Positions 11,844 through 26,800 of a stretch of 64,000 nt of DNA are shown in pieces. A program made the position numbers and the translations under genes. Under the pieces are notes generated by a model, which saw only the letters and a program-made list of their open reading frames with translations, made no database searches and was not told the DNA's origin. Origin of the DNA: Raja brachyura (taxonomy: Eukaryota); the NCBI GenBank assembly GCA_963514005.1, contig OY740782.1, forward strand, positions 103,292,001-103,356,000, in the 5' to 3' direction. Numbering within the stretch: position 1 is the first letter of the stretch; every line of letters starts with the position of its first letter.

Positions 11844-14800
11844 CTGTTAAAAGCCAGATTTAATAATGTTATTTTGTGGTAATGCATACATTTGGTAAAA
11901 TCCTAAACATGTAATCTAAAAATGATTTTAAATAAATAAAACAATTCTAAAGAGGGTTCATTTTTATTGTGGTTATTCGAGATTCTGGAGTTAACTATGT
12001 GCAACTTCTGGGCAGTTTTGAACAGACATCTGATCAAGGGCATAGAGATCAGCTGTTTGAGCTAAAGTTAAATGGGTGGGGGGGTTAACCTTCTTATTGC
12101 CCACTGCTTATTCCATTTAATCTATTGTTAACTCCAAATACATTCAAAGCAAGTTTTATTTGACAGAATACTTCTTAAGAAGAAGTTAGTTTAAATTACA
12201 TGGTTCACAATTCAATATATCTATATATATTTCCTGTGCTGTACTGTTCTATGTTCTAACATTTATATGGAACTTTAATATTTGCTATTTAAAATGCATG
12301 TCCAGAAATGACTGAAGATTATGTACATGTTGCAGATCTGGGAAATATTTGAACATATCTGTATTACTTTTTTAATGCTATGATTGTTGGAGGTAGCAGA
12401 TTCTTATAGGTTTTACTAATCTATATTACATCTAAATTTTGGTATAAGGATATGTTGCCTTCCGGGACACAATCAACATAATATAATATGACCCTTCTTA
12501 TTTAACTTTACTGTAGGATTCACTGCTGAAGCATTGAGAATAATTACCATGCTGATAGGTTAGAAACAATGTGGTGATGGGGAGAAAGTAAGGTTTTATC
12601 AAAAGTAAATAATTTAATGCAAAATTAATACTAAGTGCTTGATGGATGTAACATAATTTTGAAATATGGTTAAGATCAATAAAGACATGATTGTGGCATT
12701 TGGAGCTAAAGTTCCTTTATATAATTAAAGCGTTGAAAAGGAAAACAAAAACATAATAGATATACTATGGCAGAGTACAAAAGGCACCATATTTTGAGAA
12801 TCTTTTATAGGTATTAAGGCAGTGATACTAAAGACAAATTCAGCAGTAAACAGATCAGTGTTTAAAATATGCTCCTGTCGCACTTTTACGCATGCCTTAA
12901 AAATGTGCTTGGAGATAATCCAATTAATAACTGCAATGTTTTTACATAACGCATAATGAACACATTTAAGTATGGTTAGCTTTAAAAGAAACTACCATAA
13001 CTTACCGTGCATCCGTCTTCCAGAACGCTGTATGTGAATCTGCTGTTACCTTCAGCTCGGAGTTCAACATCATTGGAACCAAGAAGAATAACTGACTTTT
13101 TCAGGCTTCCGGTCTCCTCATCCATGTATGCTACGCTGTTCTTACAATGGTAGGTGATATTCTGGGAGGCTTCATTGGAGAGAAGGTGCAGGAATGTCAG
13201 CTGGGTTCCCATGACAACTGGAGTGATGTGCTCATCATTGTAAGCGAACTGGAATAAAGATATTCAAGTTAAGAAATCTATCTTGAACATTTTAAATGCA
13301 TTTTATTCTGCACTGACTTTATGGAAAGCTGCAAAATTATCTGTAACATTTTGCATCTGGGTTTCAGTTACCTGTACACCATCTTTAATAGTTTCACCAA
13401 ACCAAATGTGTTTCTGTTCTTGTTTCTTGTTATTCCACCAGTTCCTACGTTCAATGATGTCAGGGTTGGCATGTACACACGTCTCTCCAGATACAAAGTC
13501 GCAGTAAACTCTAATGGCATCCATGATGCATCCTTGGTTGGGATCGATCCAGTAGTAAGCTAAGGCAATACATTTATAGCATTAAATCAAACATTCTTGT
13601 TGGTGCAGCCACTCAAATCACACAAAGCCAAAGGAACATAAAAGCAGATGTATAAATCAAAATTACCTCAAACATTAAATTTGATTTGTAATACAAAAAT
13701 ATAATAGAATAAGATTGTAATATACACAATTTCCCCTTGTTATTGCAATGTGTGAAATTTATCTTTGCATTAATCAAGAATAAATACACAAATGGAGAGA
13801 AACGGTTTAGAGGTTTATTATGGAAGAAAGGCTGTCAAGTGGGATGAGATTAGATGGAGCATCTTCATTGGCATGGACGAGTTGAGCTGAAGGGCTTGTT
13901 GACTTAGAATATGTTTCATGTAGCATCCATTTCTTCAGTGCCACATCCTCAAATTTCAACCTTGCCCAAATTGGAACATTCTTAGGTGAAATCATACCAA
14001 ACACAAAACTGAAACAGGTATTTCCGCCTGAATGTTGGGAGCCACACAAAAGTCCCACAAATGGTAAAGAGAGTGTTTTAGCCTCTAATACACACTGGAG
14101 TTTGACTAACTTTTCCTTTATTTTTTTTAGGGCTCTAAACTAAATATAGACATGTATTGGTGCATCTAATGTAGGTATGGTACAATTTCTGGACATTTTG
14201 TTCCAGTTCCCTGCAAAACTAGCCGTGGTCTATAAATAAATATTTTATTTTCCTGTCTAATTTCCTTATTTCAATTTATAAGTGTTGGTAGACTCCCGAC
14301 ACCTTGCTTCATTGACTAATTTTCATATGACTGCATTCAAAGAGGAGAACAACTAAGCCATCAGAAGTTTAACTATTCCTCGGGAAAAAGATATCGCAGC
14401 ATAAGGAGCAGAACATCAAGGTTCTGCAACAGCTTCTTCCCACGAGCCATCACTCCTGAATGCCATGTAATGGGCTGCCACCATTGTCTATTTATCCTTT
14501 TCATCCATGCCTATCCTTCGGTTAATTTATTGTATTGCACAGGGAGCCAAATGCAACGTAATTTCGTTTTGGAACTGCATATATCAATGTGTTTCTAAAT
14601 GACAATAAAGTTTGTTTGACTTTTGACTATTCACCAGCGATCACCAGAGTCAGGAACTTAATTTCAACCAACTTTGCCCTTTTCTTCACCCTAGGTATTC
14701 ACTCAGACAGACTAGCAATTGTGTGTTATGAGCTTTGTGTTCAGCTACATGGCATCAGCAGTGATTTTTGAATTTGAAAGCTGCTAATTTTTTAATTTAA

Positions 14801-17800
14801 TTTAGTTTAGATATATAGTGTGGAAACAGGCATTCAGCCCACTGAGTTCCCAACGGACATCGAGCGTTTTAATCAAGTTTCTCATCCTACACACTAGGGG
14901 CAATTTACAGAAGCCAATTAACCTACAAACCTGTACGCCTTTGAGATACGGATGGAAACCGGAGCAACGGAGTAAACCCCGCAGGTCACAGGGAGAACGT
15001 ATAAACTCCAAACAGACAGCGTCCATAATCAGGATCAAACACGGGTCTCTGTGAGGCAGCAATTCTACTGCTGCGCCACTGTGCTGCCCAATGATATGAT
15101 TTTCTGCATGAACATACCTGACATCCATTCGGGATGACTGAGTCTCAGGTCGCGGCATGAACGGGCAGGGTTCTTCTTTGAGCCTTCGGGGCTGCGGATG
15201 TTCTCAATCTCTCTGGTCAAAACTTTCAGTTTGGCATCGACTTCAAGATCCTTCTCTCTTGCAGCTGGTTGATCAGCTCTGTATTCATCATAATAGTGGC
15301 TCACTTCATAGTGACCGCCAGCAGGGCCTGGGAAGCCAGGGATGCCAGGAGCACCTGGAGGACCCTAAGAAATGGCATGGTTCAAAGGTTATATCTATTT
15401 TCAGTTGCCTCCCATTATGCGACCATCACTTGCACACCATTGTCTGATTCCACCTCAGAGATCTTACGTAATTTTTGCTCTGCAGGGAAATGTTGCTAAC
15501 TTCATTGCTAACTGTCTAGGAAAAGAAAGTGTGAGACTCACTGAAATTCTTGTTAATTGCATATCTAATTCACAACAGGTTTTTATCAAAGATGGCTATC
15601 TAAGTGACCAAGTAACTGAAGCAGGGAGATTAATCTTCTGCACAAGGTTGATGAAAGCTTAGCCAACCTGCTTCATCTCAGAACTTATGTGCACAGGCAC
15701 ATAGGTGCAGGAGCAGGACCTTCAATCATTTGAGCCTACTCTGCCATTCAGTATGATCATGGCTGATTCTTTACACTCAATTCTATATTACCACTCATCC
15801 CAAACCATTTGATCTCTTTTGTGTGTTGAACCAGGTTGGCTAAGGAAAGCATATGTTGAGGTGTTAAGTTCAGGTTTTTGAAGACCATATTTGAAACAAA
15901 TTAGTAGGAGAAGTACCTAGCTCCTGAAGCCCACTTCACCATTTAAAAGACCATCACTGATTTTTCTTAAAACAACCAGTAAACATCATGGTTTCTATTC
16001 TAAGGGAATTGTAGTTTATTATCTGATCACATTATTCAGATTTCATTTCTCTTTTGAACTTCCTTCTTTTTCTAACAATGGTCAAAGTGACGTTCAGCTA
16101 ATATCAGGCAACTGAATCACTCTACCACAACCAGAGAGCAGTACTGAACTACTATCTACCTCTTTGATGACCCTCAGGCTATCCTTGATCAGACTTGGTT
16201 GGCTTTACCTTGCACTGAACATTATTCCCTTATGTATCTAAATACTGTAAATACATTGATTGTAATCGTATATTGACTTTCTGCTGACTGGATGGCATGC
16301 AACAAAAGCTTTTCACTGTACCTCGGTGCATCGGTATACGTGACAATAAACTAAAGTGATAACTGAACTGAGAAAGGGATTTGTGACTCATGGACCATGT
16401 GATCATTCTTCAACTGTGCGCCTGGGCAGGAGTTTAATAATAACTGTAGCGAAAGCACCTTGTTGCCAGTCATGCCCTTCATTACGCATATAGGTATCAT
16501 AGGAGAGGCTGCAGGTTCATTGCCTCAGAATCACTGGACCAGTGCAGCATTCTGGTGGAGTCAGTCACAGCTCCGTACACATCCCATTCCAGATACTTGA
16601 GCACAAATATCTCATGTGCAGTACAGCTGCACTGCTGAAGGTACTGATGTTTGGATCCATCTCGGCTGTTGCTTGGGCGCAACAGATCCCATAATATAAT
16701 TTTGAATAAAAGCAAAAGAATTAACCTGCCAACAGTTTGCCCACAACCAGTATCACTGAATTTAGATAATATAGCAAGTACTACATTGACACACTGTATG
16801 TGGAAAATCGTTGTCTGCAAACAAGCTGGTTCCTACCTTTATTATACAAAGTGACTGCACGTTATAAGTAGTTTTTCAGCTCTAAATCACTGTGGTATAT
16901 ATTGAATTTATGAAAGTATTCCCCAGCATATAAAAATATGAAAAAAAATGGTCCCGGTTCTAAACGTCAACTTACTTGGGGACCCATGTCACCATTGCGA
17001 CCTCGTTGACCAACAGGACCTATAGTACCAACGTGTCCGTAGGAACCATCTTTTCCAGGAGGACCAGCAGGACCAGAGGGACCCTGGAAGCAATGAGTGG
17101 AGGAGATTATTTTTCAACTGGTGTATTTCTTCAAACAACTTATAATTTGAATTATGAAACAATGGTTCTTTACGTACTCTTGGGCCACTTGGTCCAGCAG
17201 CACCATGGCCACCAGGTTCACCAGAAATACCCTGTCAAGGTAAGGAAATCAATGAGAAACACTTGTTATAAAACAAACAATGGAAGAAAGGTTGGAAGGG
17301 GGAGGGAGAAGGATCAAGTGTCAACACAACCACTTACAGAAACACCAGGAAGACCTTGCAGACCCCCGGGTCCCCTCAATCCTTTCAAGCCTCTGGCACC
17401 TGGGTCACCATGTTCACCCTTTTCTCCACGTGGACCTTGTGGACCCTACAATGTGTGGAATAAACACTTTTAATTGATGGTAACATGTGAACAAGGGACA
17501 AATAAAATTATAAAGAACTACCAATTTATTAGCAAACCAGATAGGCCTGCAACCTCTGGCCTTGAAGCTTTCAAGCTACTATTGGAGAAGAGTAGATAGA
17601 AAGGGTATGAGGCATCGACCCATGTGACGACAATTGAAACAATACTTCCCTACTGGCATTTCGTTGCCTGGAGCTTTTCTACCTTAAGCCCTTGGGTCTA
17701 AGGGAGATCGAGCAGGGAGAGCCAGTAACACGGTGTTTGTCTGTGATTGATTTAAAGATGCATCCTGAGTCCACGCTGGGCTTAGTCACTCATTCACAAT

Positions 17801-20800
17801 AGTTTTATGTTATCCCACTTTCCCATCCACTTTCTACACACCTCGGGCAATTTATCGAGGCCAATTAACCTGCAAAATCACACTTATTTTGAGCTTTTGT
17901 CGGAGGTAACCAGAGCACCTCGAGGAAACCCACAGTCACAGGGAGAACATGAAAACTCCACACAGACATCACCCGAGGTCAGGATCAAAGCTGCGGCACT
18001 GGCACTATAAGGCTGCATCTGTACCAGCCACATCTCTTTGCCACAGAAGGCTGTGGGGCATGTCAGTGGATATTTTTTTTAAGGCAGAGATAGATTCTTG
18101 ATTAATCCAGATGTCAATGGTTAAGGGGGCAAGGCAGGAGAATGAGGTTAGGTGGGAGAGATAGATCAGCTATGATCAAATGATGGAGTAGACTTGATGG
18201 GCCGATTAGCCTAATTCTACTCCTATCACATGACCGCCCATATAGGTGGGAGGGAGAGTTACTAATACTTATATCAGCACCAAGGCATTGGTGACCCTAC
18301 ACCTTAATCTAGATGTAAATATGTTCTGCCTTTCAGGGTGGGATCTGCAATTCTGGTGGTGGAGGATGATAATTCTGCCATCCTAGTGGAGTGGCTGATC
18401 CCAGAAATACGAGGAGAGATGCTGAAACCCAAGTCAGCCTAATAATGTGTAAACATGAACATTAATTGAGTTACGTGAAGATGTACTCACAGCAAGACCT
18501 CTTGGACCAATTGCACCTACATGGCCAACTGCACCAGCAACACCCTGGCACAAAAGAAGAGAGAGATTTACTTTCCCGTACAAGTCATATAATGAAATTC
18601 ATAAACAGGCCCTTCCTTTAAGAACTGAAAGTGCAAACGTACAGCCTCACCACGGTTGCCAGTCTTGCCCACTGGACCTGCGTGGCCGTGAGCACCGGGT
18701 TGTCCAACTGCACCAGGAGCGCCGGCCCTGCCACCTTCTCCACGCTCGCCCTGCATAACAGAAATAAAAGAGTTACTCCGGCATTTTGTGTCAACTAAAG
18801 AAAAATAATCTACTTAAACTGTTACAGAAACAATGTGACGTTAGGTCAACGAACAGTAGCTTTCTGAGTGTAGCCATTAAGACTGTACGAACCTTTGGCC
18901 CAGGGAATCCAGCACGGCCAGGAGAACCATCACTACCAGGGTTTCCCTGAAAAACAACAAGGAAAAAGAAAAGGTCACATGTACAATGTGCAGAATATGA
19001 TCTGCCGTTCTGAGATGTATGGTTATGGAGTTCCGGCGTTGGCAATAGTGAGATAGTGGTGCACTTACATCGCGGCCAGATTCACCAGGTCGACCAAGCA
19101 TACCAGCAGCACCAGCGGCACCAGCTGAACCCCGTGGACCGGGAGAACCTGCAGGACCCGTTGCACCAGGCATACCCTGGAAACAAAAAACAAAGACTTC
19201 AGTTTAAATCACCGAGGCATGACCTGAGGAGGTATTTATCTGACAGGCACACCAACAATTTAAAATTATAAGGCACATTCCAGCACAAACCAAAGCAGGG
19301 TTCCATACAGACTCTGCAGAGGTTATAATAGAAAGGGACTGAAAAACCAGTGAAATGCCACCTGCTGCTTTAAACAGGTTCCTATGGACTTCTCAGTACT
19401 TTGCCAGTGGAGTAATGGTGGATGACCAGTAGCTTCTCTGCGAAACATAACAACTATTATTTCTTGAAATTATGTTTATTTTTTTCATTTTCCCATCCAT
19501 GGGACAAGGACATTGATATAAACACTGTAATTTGTTGTCCATGTCTAATTGCTCCTAGACTGGGGTCACTTGCAAGCCCTGAATGTAAGGATAGCACAAT
19601 TCCTTCCCCGAAGAGCATTGGTAAACCAGATCAGCTGATTATCTGCTAGTTTCCTGCTCCTTGTTACAAAGATTACTTTTATTTGCAGATTAATTCTATG
19701 ATTTCAATTTAAATTCACAGCTGGCTTGCTGGGATCAAAGATATGTCTCTTGATCAACATTCAAGCCTTTTAGCTTAACCATTATATCACCACACTCCTT
19801 ATTATATTGAAAGCTGCAAAAATATTCTTTCCTGGTGAAAAATACTATTGAACTCAAAATCCCCTGTATTTGCTAAATTACAGAGTACTGTATAACTTCA
19901 AATGTTACCCGAAGTGGGAAGTTTCTAAATACCATGTCCTGACATTATTACTGACCAATACATTCATGGCGCAGGTCTATATTCCTGGGTAATCCATACA
20001 TCCTTCGATACCCTTGTCTAACAATTTATTAATCTCAATTTACGATAATGCTCAAAAAGTGATTTTTTTTTTGCAATGATAATTCCAATAGGTTGCAATC
20101 TCAGGGAAAAGAAAGATTTCCTCAGCTCAGTTCTTATTACTTGGCTGCTTGCATGAAATTATGTACCGAGGTTCAGACTCTCTGACTGAAAGAAAAAGCT
20201 GCCTGCACTTTCTCTTCAATTCCTGGGAGAATTTTGCTTCAACAAGATCATCTTTAAACTTTTAAACGTGAATGAGCATCGATCTAGTGCATTCATTTCA
20301 CTTCACAGAGCTCCCTCATCCTAGAATCAGTCTATAATGGTTAGTGCAAATCATTATTCTGTGGTTCAGAGATTGATATGTTATCACCAATACTGTATGT
20401 AGAATAGCAACAAGCTTTTCTTCCACTTCTAATTTAATCCCTTTTAAATAAAGATAAATTTGCTGTTTGTGTTCCTAATTGTTTCCTTCATGTCAATTAG
20501 CTTCTTGCCATCTGCAAAAAAAAAACTGACTTTACTATTCCTCCTAGCAAAATGAATAACATCTTATTTCCTCACATTATACTCACTCTGACCACTGACA
20601 TAACTTACTTACTGCAGATTTTGCATTCCCATCATTGTTCATTTCACATTTAGCTTTGTATTTAGCATTGTAACTGGCCTCTCATTAAATGGAACAGTAT
20701 AGCACAGGTACAGCCCCTTCAGCCCACAATGTCCATGCCGAACATGATGCCAAGATAAACTAATCACATTTGCCTGCACCCTATACATATCTCTCCATTC

Positions 20801-23800
20801 AAAGGATGTAGCCCCAATCTCCCAATTTAACTTGTCGAGGCCCTTGTACATTTATTTACACCTCCATTTTTCTATTCTGTTTCCTTTCTCTTTTTACAGT
20901 AACCATTGTAGTTGTACATGGTTTGATTGCATTCATGTATGGTATGATTTTGCTGGACAGCATGCAAGTTGTTCACCATCTCAGTACATGTGGCAATAAT
21001 AAACCAATACCAATATTATCAGTAAACTCAGATGCATGAAGTTTGGTCTTTTTATTTGGTTTGTAAGTAGCTGAAAGCTCAGCACTGATTGCTCTTCTAC
21101 TCCATAAATATCAGTTTACCAACAAAAATAGATAGTTTAGTTTCTGTTTACTATTTTGTAACCAATAGTGCGTTATGGTAGATAGCCGCACTTTGCCCTT
21201 GGATTATGAAACAATATATTGTCTATTACCTTATAAGAGCCTATTAAAAATCAATTGATCTCCCTTATCCACCCTGAATAGAAACATCCTCTAATTTAGA
21301 TTCATCAAACACATTTTTCTTTCCTAAGCAATGTTAAATCTGCTTGATCATTTTAAAATATTTTAGGTCTTTAATAATGGATTCCAATATTTACCTGAAA
21401 CTTATGTCAGGCTAACCTGTCAGGAGTTCCCCATGTTCCCTGCCCTTCCTTTAAAACTAATTTAATTAAATTAATTGTCTTGAGAACAGTGATAAATCTA
21501 CAGGCTTTTAAACCCCTAATATTTCAGCAGCTTTTCATTTAGTTTCACCTAGCTCCGAATAACAAAGGATGAAATAAAATTCAAATTGAATGTAAAGCCA
21601 TTGCATGCAATATTTTTGAATATTGTACTTTAAGGTGATAACATTTTATGTAGTATTTGTTCCAAACAGAGCCTTGAAGAATATGAACATATCATGGTAC
21701 CACTCAGTGTATTTGTTAACTGGTTGATAAAAAACTTTATACCTACATTTGGACCAGTGACACCTGGGAGACCTGATTCACCTCTCGTTCCTGGGAGACC
21801 GAGTGTGCCAACATGACCAAGTAAACCAAGAGGACCAGGAGAACCAGCAACTCCCTGTACAGAAAGATCAACACAAGTGGATAAGTCAGGTGTTGCATTC
21901 CTAGTAAAAATAATCTTTGATACAAGTTTAACGTTGCTTACAGCATTTCCTGTTTCACCAGATGCACCCTTTTCTCCTTGGTAACCAACTGCACCTGGAG
22001 GACCTGTTGGACCTGAGCGGCCTTGTGGACCTGAGTCACCTCTTGCACCTTGTGGGCCTGAATTACCAGCTGGACCAACAGCTCCTTGTGGACCTTGGGG
22101 ACCCTACAAAGATAAATTAATTAATAACATACATTTATGCACTTGATTACAATTTCTGATGCTTACTGATATATTTTCTATTATTCCCTCACTGATGGAA
22201 AATTTGGAAGCAATGTACAATTTACCATGTTTTTCAAAACAATATTTTGTAAATTTAGAATAAGGAACATCTATTTTAGAAAACACACTGTTTGCCTTGT
22301 TATTGTGCAAACCTTAGTGGGATGCATCTTATTGATGTCACCATGGATATTATAATTCCAAAAGATAAGTCGCGTTTTTTTTTATCATTGTAGGGTTTAC
22401 TCCAGGAATGTCCAGCAAATAACAAATAATTCATTCACAGATAACAAAGATGAATTAATAATTGCAGTTACTGGAACCATTCATCACATCATACACCATC
22501 TGAGTAAGAGGAACGTTTTAACTTTTTGACCTTGCATCAGGTTAAAAAAGGATAATGGACCTGAAACGTTAACTTTACTGTCTTTTCTTCTTCAAATGTT
22601 TGAGGAACATTAAGGAAACTAGTTCCTGATTTTCTTTTTCCTCCATCACCTGGGGTTTTTGACTTGATTGCAATTAAGCTAGCAGTCTAACCCAAGACTG
22701 ACATGTGCTTGATGACTGCTTTGGTAGCAGGTTTGTTAAGTATATATATTAGAAGCAAATATGCAAGTACATGTATTGAATGCAAATATGCATTTCCTTC
22801 ATGTATTTAATGTTTTTTTAGGGTGCTGTCAGTGGGACTGTGGCCCAGCTTGCCCCCTGCGTCATGACCCCTAGAGCTAAATGAGGTTTATAACAAACAC
22901 CTGCATGATATTGATTAAACATAAAGTTGTAATTCTTGTTTAGGGCAGTCGAGAATTACAGATCATCCAGAATAAGAAGAGGAAGTGAAATAATCTATCC
23001 AATTATCTTCTTGAATCTCCATCACATCTAATCTTTGGTAATAAATACAAATTTAAAAAAAAAAATCAGAGTTTAAGAATAAATAACATGAATACTGAAA
23101 TTTGGTGTGGGTTTCCCTGCCAAATTTAAAACTTGTCCCATATACAATATCCCAATATTATTTATATTATTCACACTAAGTACTTAAACACAGCATATCA
23201 AATTTATCATGTTTGAACATTATTATTGAACATTACAATAACTTACAGCTGGACCAGGAGCACCAGAGAGGCCAGCGGGACCTGGGAAGCCGGTCATACC
23301 CTAGAATTAATAAAGCAGTTGCAAAATTAGCTAATGGTAGGCAATTATTCAAGTTGGTGAAGAATTAGGATACTAAACTGTTCTACCATTCAATGAGATC
23401 ATGTTATACATTATCTTTGCACCCCATCTCTGTTCCTCTACATTCACTTTGCATACAAGAAATTACCAATCTCAATCTTAAATATACTCATCAACAGAAC
23501 ACACATAACCCTCCAAAGTGAAAATTTATCTGAACTAAATGACCTATTCCTTACATTTAAATTAAGACCCCAATCCTAAAAACATTTCAGACTTTTTACT
23601 AAATTAAATATTTGCAGTGTAATTCTTTTTTAACTTACTGCTGGACCAGCTGAACCCATTGCCCCTTGTAGACCAGGTTCACCAGCAGCACCCTAAGGAG
23701 AGAAATGCAATTAGTTATTAACATAAAGGGATGTTGTGTTCACAGTTAATATATATTTATGTAATGTACAATATTCCAGACCTACCCTGCTGATGTGTTT

Positions 23801-26800
23801 TCTGTGATACAATCAGCTGTGCTTGGACCACTCTGTCCTGCGCCCCCTCCATTGCCAGAGAGAGGCCACACACAAATTGGTGAAACAGCATCTTATATTC
23901 CACTTGGGCTGCTTACATCCCAATGGTATGAACACTCCAATTTTCTGTAACTACCACCCCCCTCTCCTTCTTCCCTGCCTGCCTTTCTCCACCCCCCTGC
24001 CTTCCATGTGCCCCACGCAAACACCCATCCCCCCAACCCTTCCACCCATATTCCTTCCTCAAGCTTCACAATTCACAACTCTTAATAGCTTCAGCGTTTG
24101 TGCCTTTTATTGCTTTGTTAGAGGAGCAACACCAATAGGTGTGGCAATATGTAGCCTAAGGGTGAAGGGGTCAATGCATGCATGATTGAATGATACGCAC
24201 AAATCCTAAAAGGCTTTACTGAATAAATTTGCAGACAGCAAATCAATGCCAGCACATAATTTAATAAGAAAGTGGACGTTTCCCAGACAACTGACTGAAT
24301 ACTTCTATTTTAAGGTGCATTACTGGACATTTGAAAAGGAAAAAGATTCCAGTGGATCTATCTTATTGCTCGTGCCACTTTCTCAATAAGTACAGGCAGA
24401 AGATGATTGCAAGTAATTGTGCCATGAGAAAGAACTCCCATTAACAAGTGACAAAATATGTAGTGGGCCACAACTTGAGCTTCATTCTAGAACTCAAGAT
24501 ATTCTGACACAGAGTTAGGAGTGGATCCAACAGACAAGAGAGAATTCACGTGTCATCAGCTCTGTGACTGATTGCACTCGAGACAAAAATCTTCACTCAA
24601 GGTCCTCTCATAAAAGAGTGCTTGATTGTACCAATGAAATCATTCAGCAAACTGCTGCAGTGAAGTGACACGTGTGATTTAATAGCCTAAATGGGTGCTC
24701 AGCAATGCTTTAACAAGGAAACCGTGTTCATCAAATCCTTATTCAATCATAAGATCACATCACAAAATCTTTACTTAGGTCTGACCATGACCAGCTAAAT
24801 TCTATGGATAGAATATTGAGGCACACATTAAGAAAAATAAAATGTTTGGTATCAGTGGCTGAAAAATTATGATGTCACTAGAATTAATTTGCTTATCAGC
24901 ATCTCAATAATTTATTCCAATGTAAACTAATCTGAGGGAATTCAGACCTTTCAATTTCACAATTGTTGGTGTCACAAAATGGCAAAAGTACTTAAGTGGA
25001 TTGGAAAGTTTTGTAATTTCATCACAGCTTTAATAATTGCAACACTTGTTACTGGTAACAGAAAACTGGGTACGGAACCATCATGCCACTTCTCAAGTTC
25101 AAGTTCAAGTGTTCAAATGAGTTTACTGTCTTGTGTCCTTGATAGGACAATGAAATTCTTGCTTTGCTTCAGCACAACAGAACATAGTAGGCATTGACTA
25201 CAAAACAGATCAGTGTGTCCATATACCATTATATAACATCTCTGTCCCTTTTTACGACAGACTCTTATCTTTTAAAGAGATATTTCATGTTATAAAGTCA
25301 TACAGCATAGAAACAGGCCCTTCAGCCCAGCTTGTCTATGTTGATCAACATGCCCCATCTAAGCTTGTTCTACCTGCCCACGTTTGTCCAATATCCCTCT
25401 AAACCTTTCCCATCTGTGTTCCTTTCCAAGTATTTTTTTAAGAAACATTTGGACAGATACATCGATAGGACAGGTTTAAAGGGATATGGGCCAGACATAG
25501 GTAAGTAGGATTTGTGTAGATGGGACATATTTATCGGTGTGGCCTGTATGACTGTATAAATGCTGTTATAGTACCTGCCTCAACTACCTCCTCTGGAATC
25601 TTGTTCCATACACACACCACCTTCTGAGTGAAAAAGCTCCCTTCTGGTTCCAATTGAATCTAACTGTCAATTAATTGGGGTAGGATTGCTCATTAGTCTA
25701 ATGCCTTAGATTCAGAGGCTCACCACAGCACCAGCTTGGCCATGATGTCCCACAGGACCGGCAGAGCCAACTTCTCCTTTAGCACCAGATACACCCTTTT
25801 CTCCTTTAAGACCAACGTGTCCGTCTACACCCTGTACAGTGAGAAAAAAGAATCAACAACATACAAGTGTGAGAGCCTGGTATTAAATGAAAATCATTAA
25901 ATAAATTGGAGGAGTTTTCAGACTTACAGGAGGGCCAGCAAATCCAGTGGGACCAGCGCGACCACCCTCTCCACGTTCTCCCTGGGCAGAAGAAGATCAA
26001 AGCAAATAATGTCACCAATATTCCACTTCATTGAGCAGCCTGAAAAAAGTCTTAGAAATAGGGCTATTTGCAAATGTATTGCAATTCTATTGCGGTTTTA
26101 TGGTGCATTTTCAGCAATTGGTTAAAAATATATGGCCAGCAATTTGAGATCTACATGATTTAATTCTAATGAAAAATGTAACATGAACAAAGATCAATGG
26201 TACACTGTGTGAACTATGTAATCTGCAGTTTTCATTTTGGGTTCCCTCTTGCATTAAACCAGTGGTGCATAAAGCAACCTGGATATGTGTGTTGGTGTCC
26301 AAAAGCATGCAATGGATGTGCAGGTACCACCTCATGGATTTTAATTCATGTTGAAGAGATCTGTGTGCTCTTCTGCAGAAGCAGGCTCCTAACACAAATG
26401 TCCAACCTATTTCTGCAGCCTGAAAAGTGAACCACTTCCCCTTTAGGATCCCACATTACCTGCCTAATGTACTGACACCCAAACCTCCCAACTGGTGAGC
26501 CATGTCACCCGATTTCCACTCATCTCATACCTATTGACCACAAATCACCCAAACTGTCACATTAATGTGCCCAAAAATGATAACATAAGAACCTCCTACT
26601 TCACCAATTATTCAATTTGGGCTTGCTGCTGATAAGTTAAACACCACACCCACCAATCACCCAACCAGAATGCCTCGTTGCCCATTCTCCGACAGCCTTA
26701 CTAATTGACAACCAGAATCATCTCCCCAGCTACCACCAATGAACATCGGTGCTCAACAATCATCTGGAGTCTTCTTTCTGATCCAAGACCTCACCCCAAC

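Noticed and set aside
16976-17473. 165-aa plus-strand ORF and similar ORFs overlapping collagen exons (e.g. 19056-19271, 13283-13563)
   Set aside because: Antisense shadows of the Gly-X-Y and COLFI exons; no independent gene signals.
16976-25831. Apparent His enrichment and repeated GHV triplets in the C-terminal third of the helix
   Set aside because: alpha2(I) chains are normally His-rich in this region, and the GHV spacings are not D-periodic.
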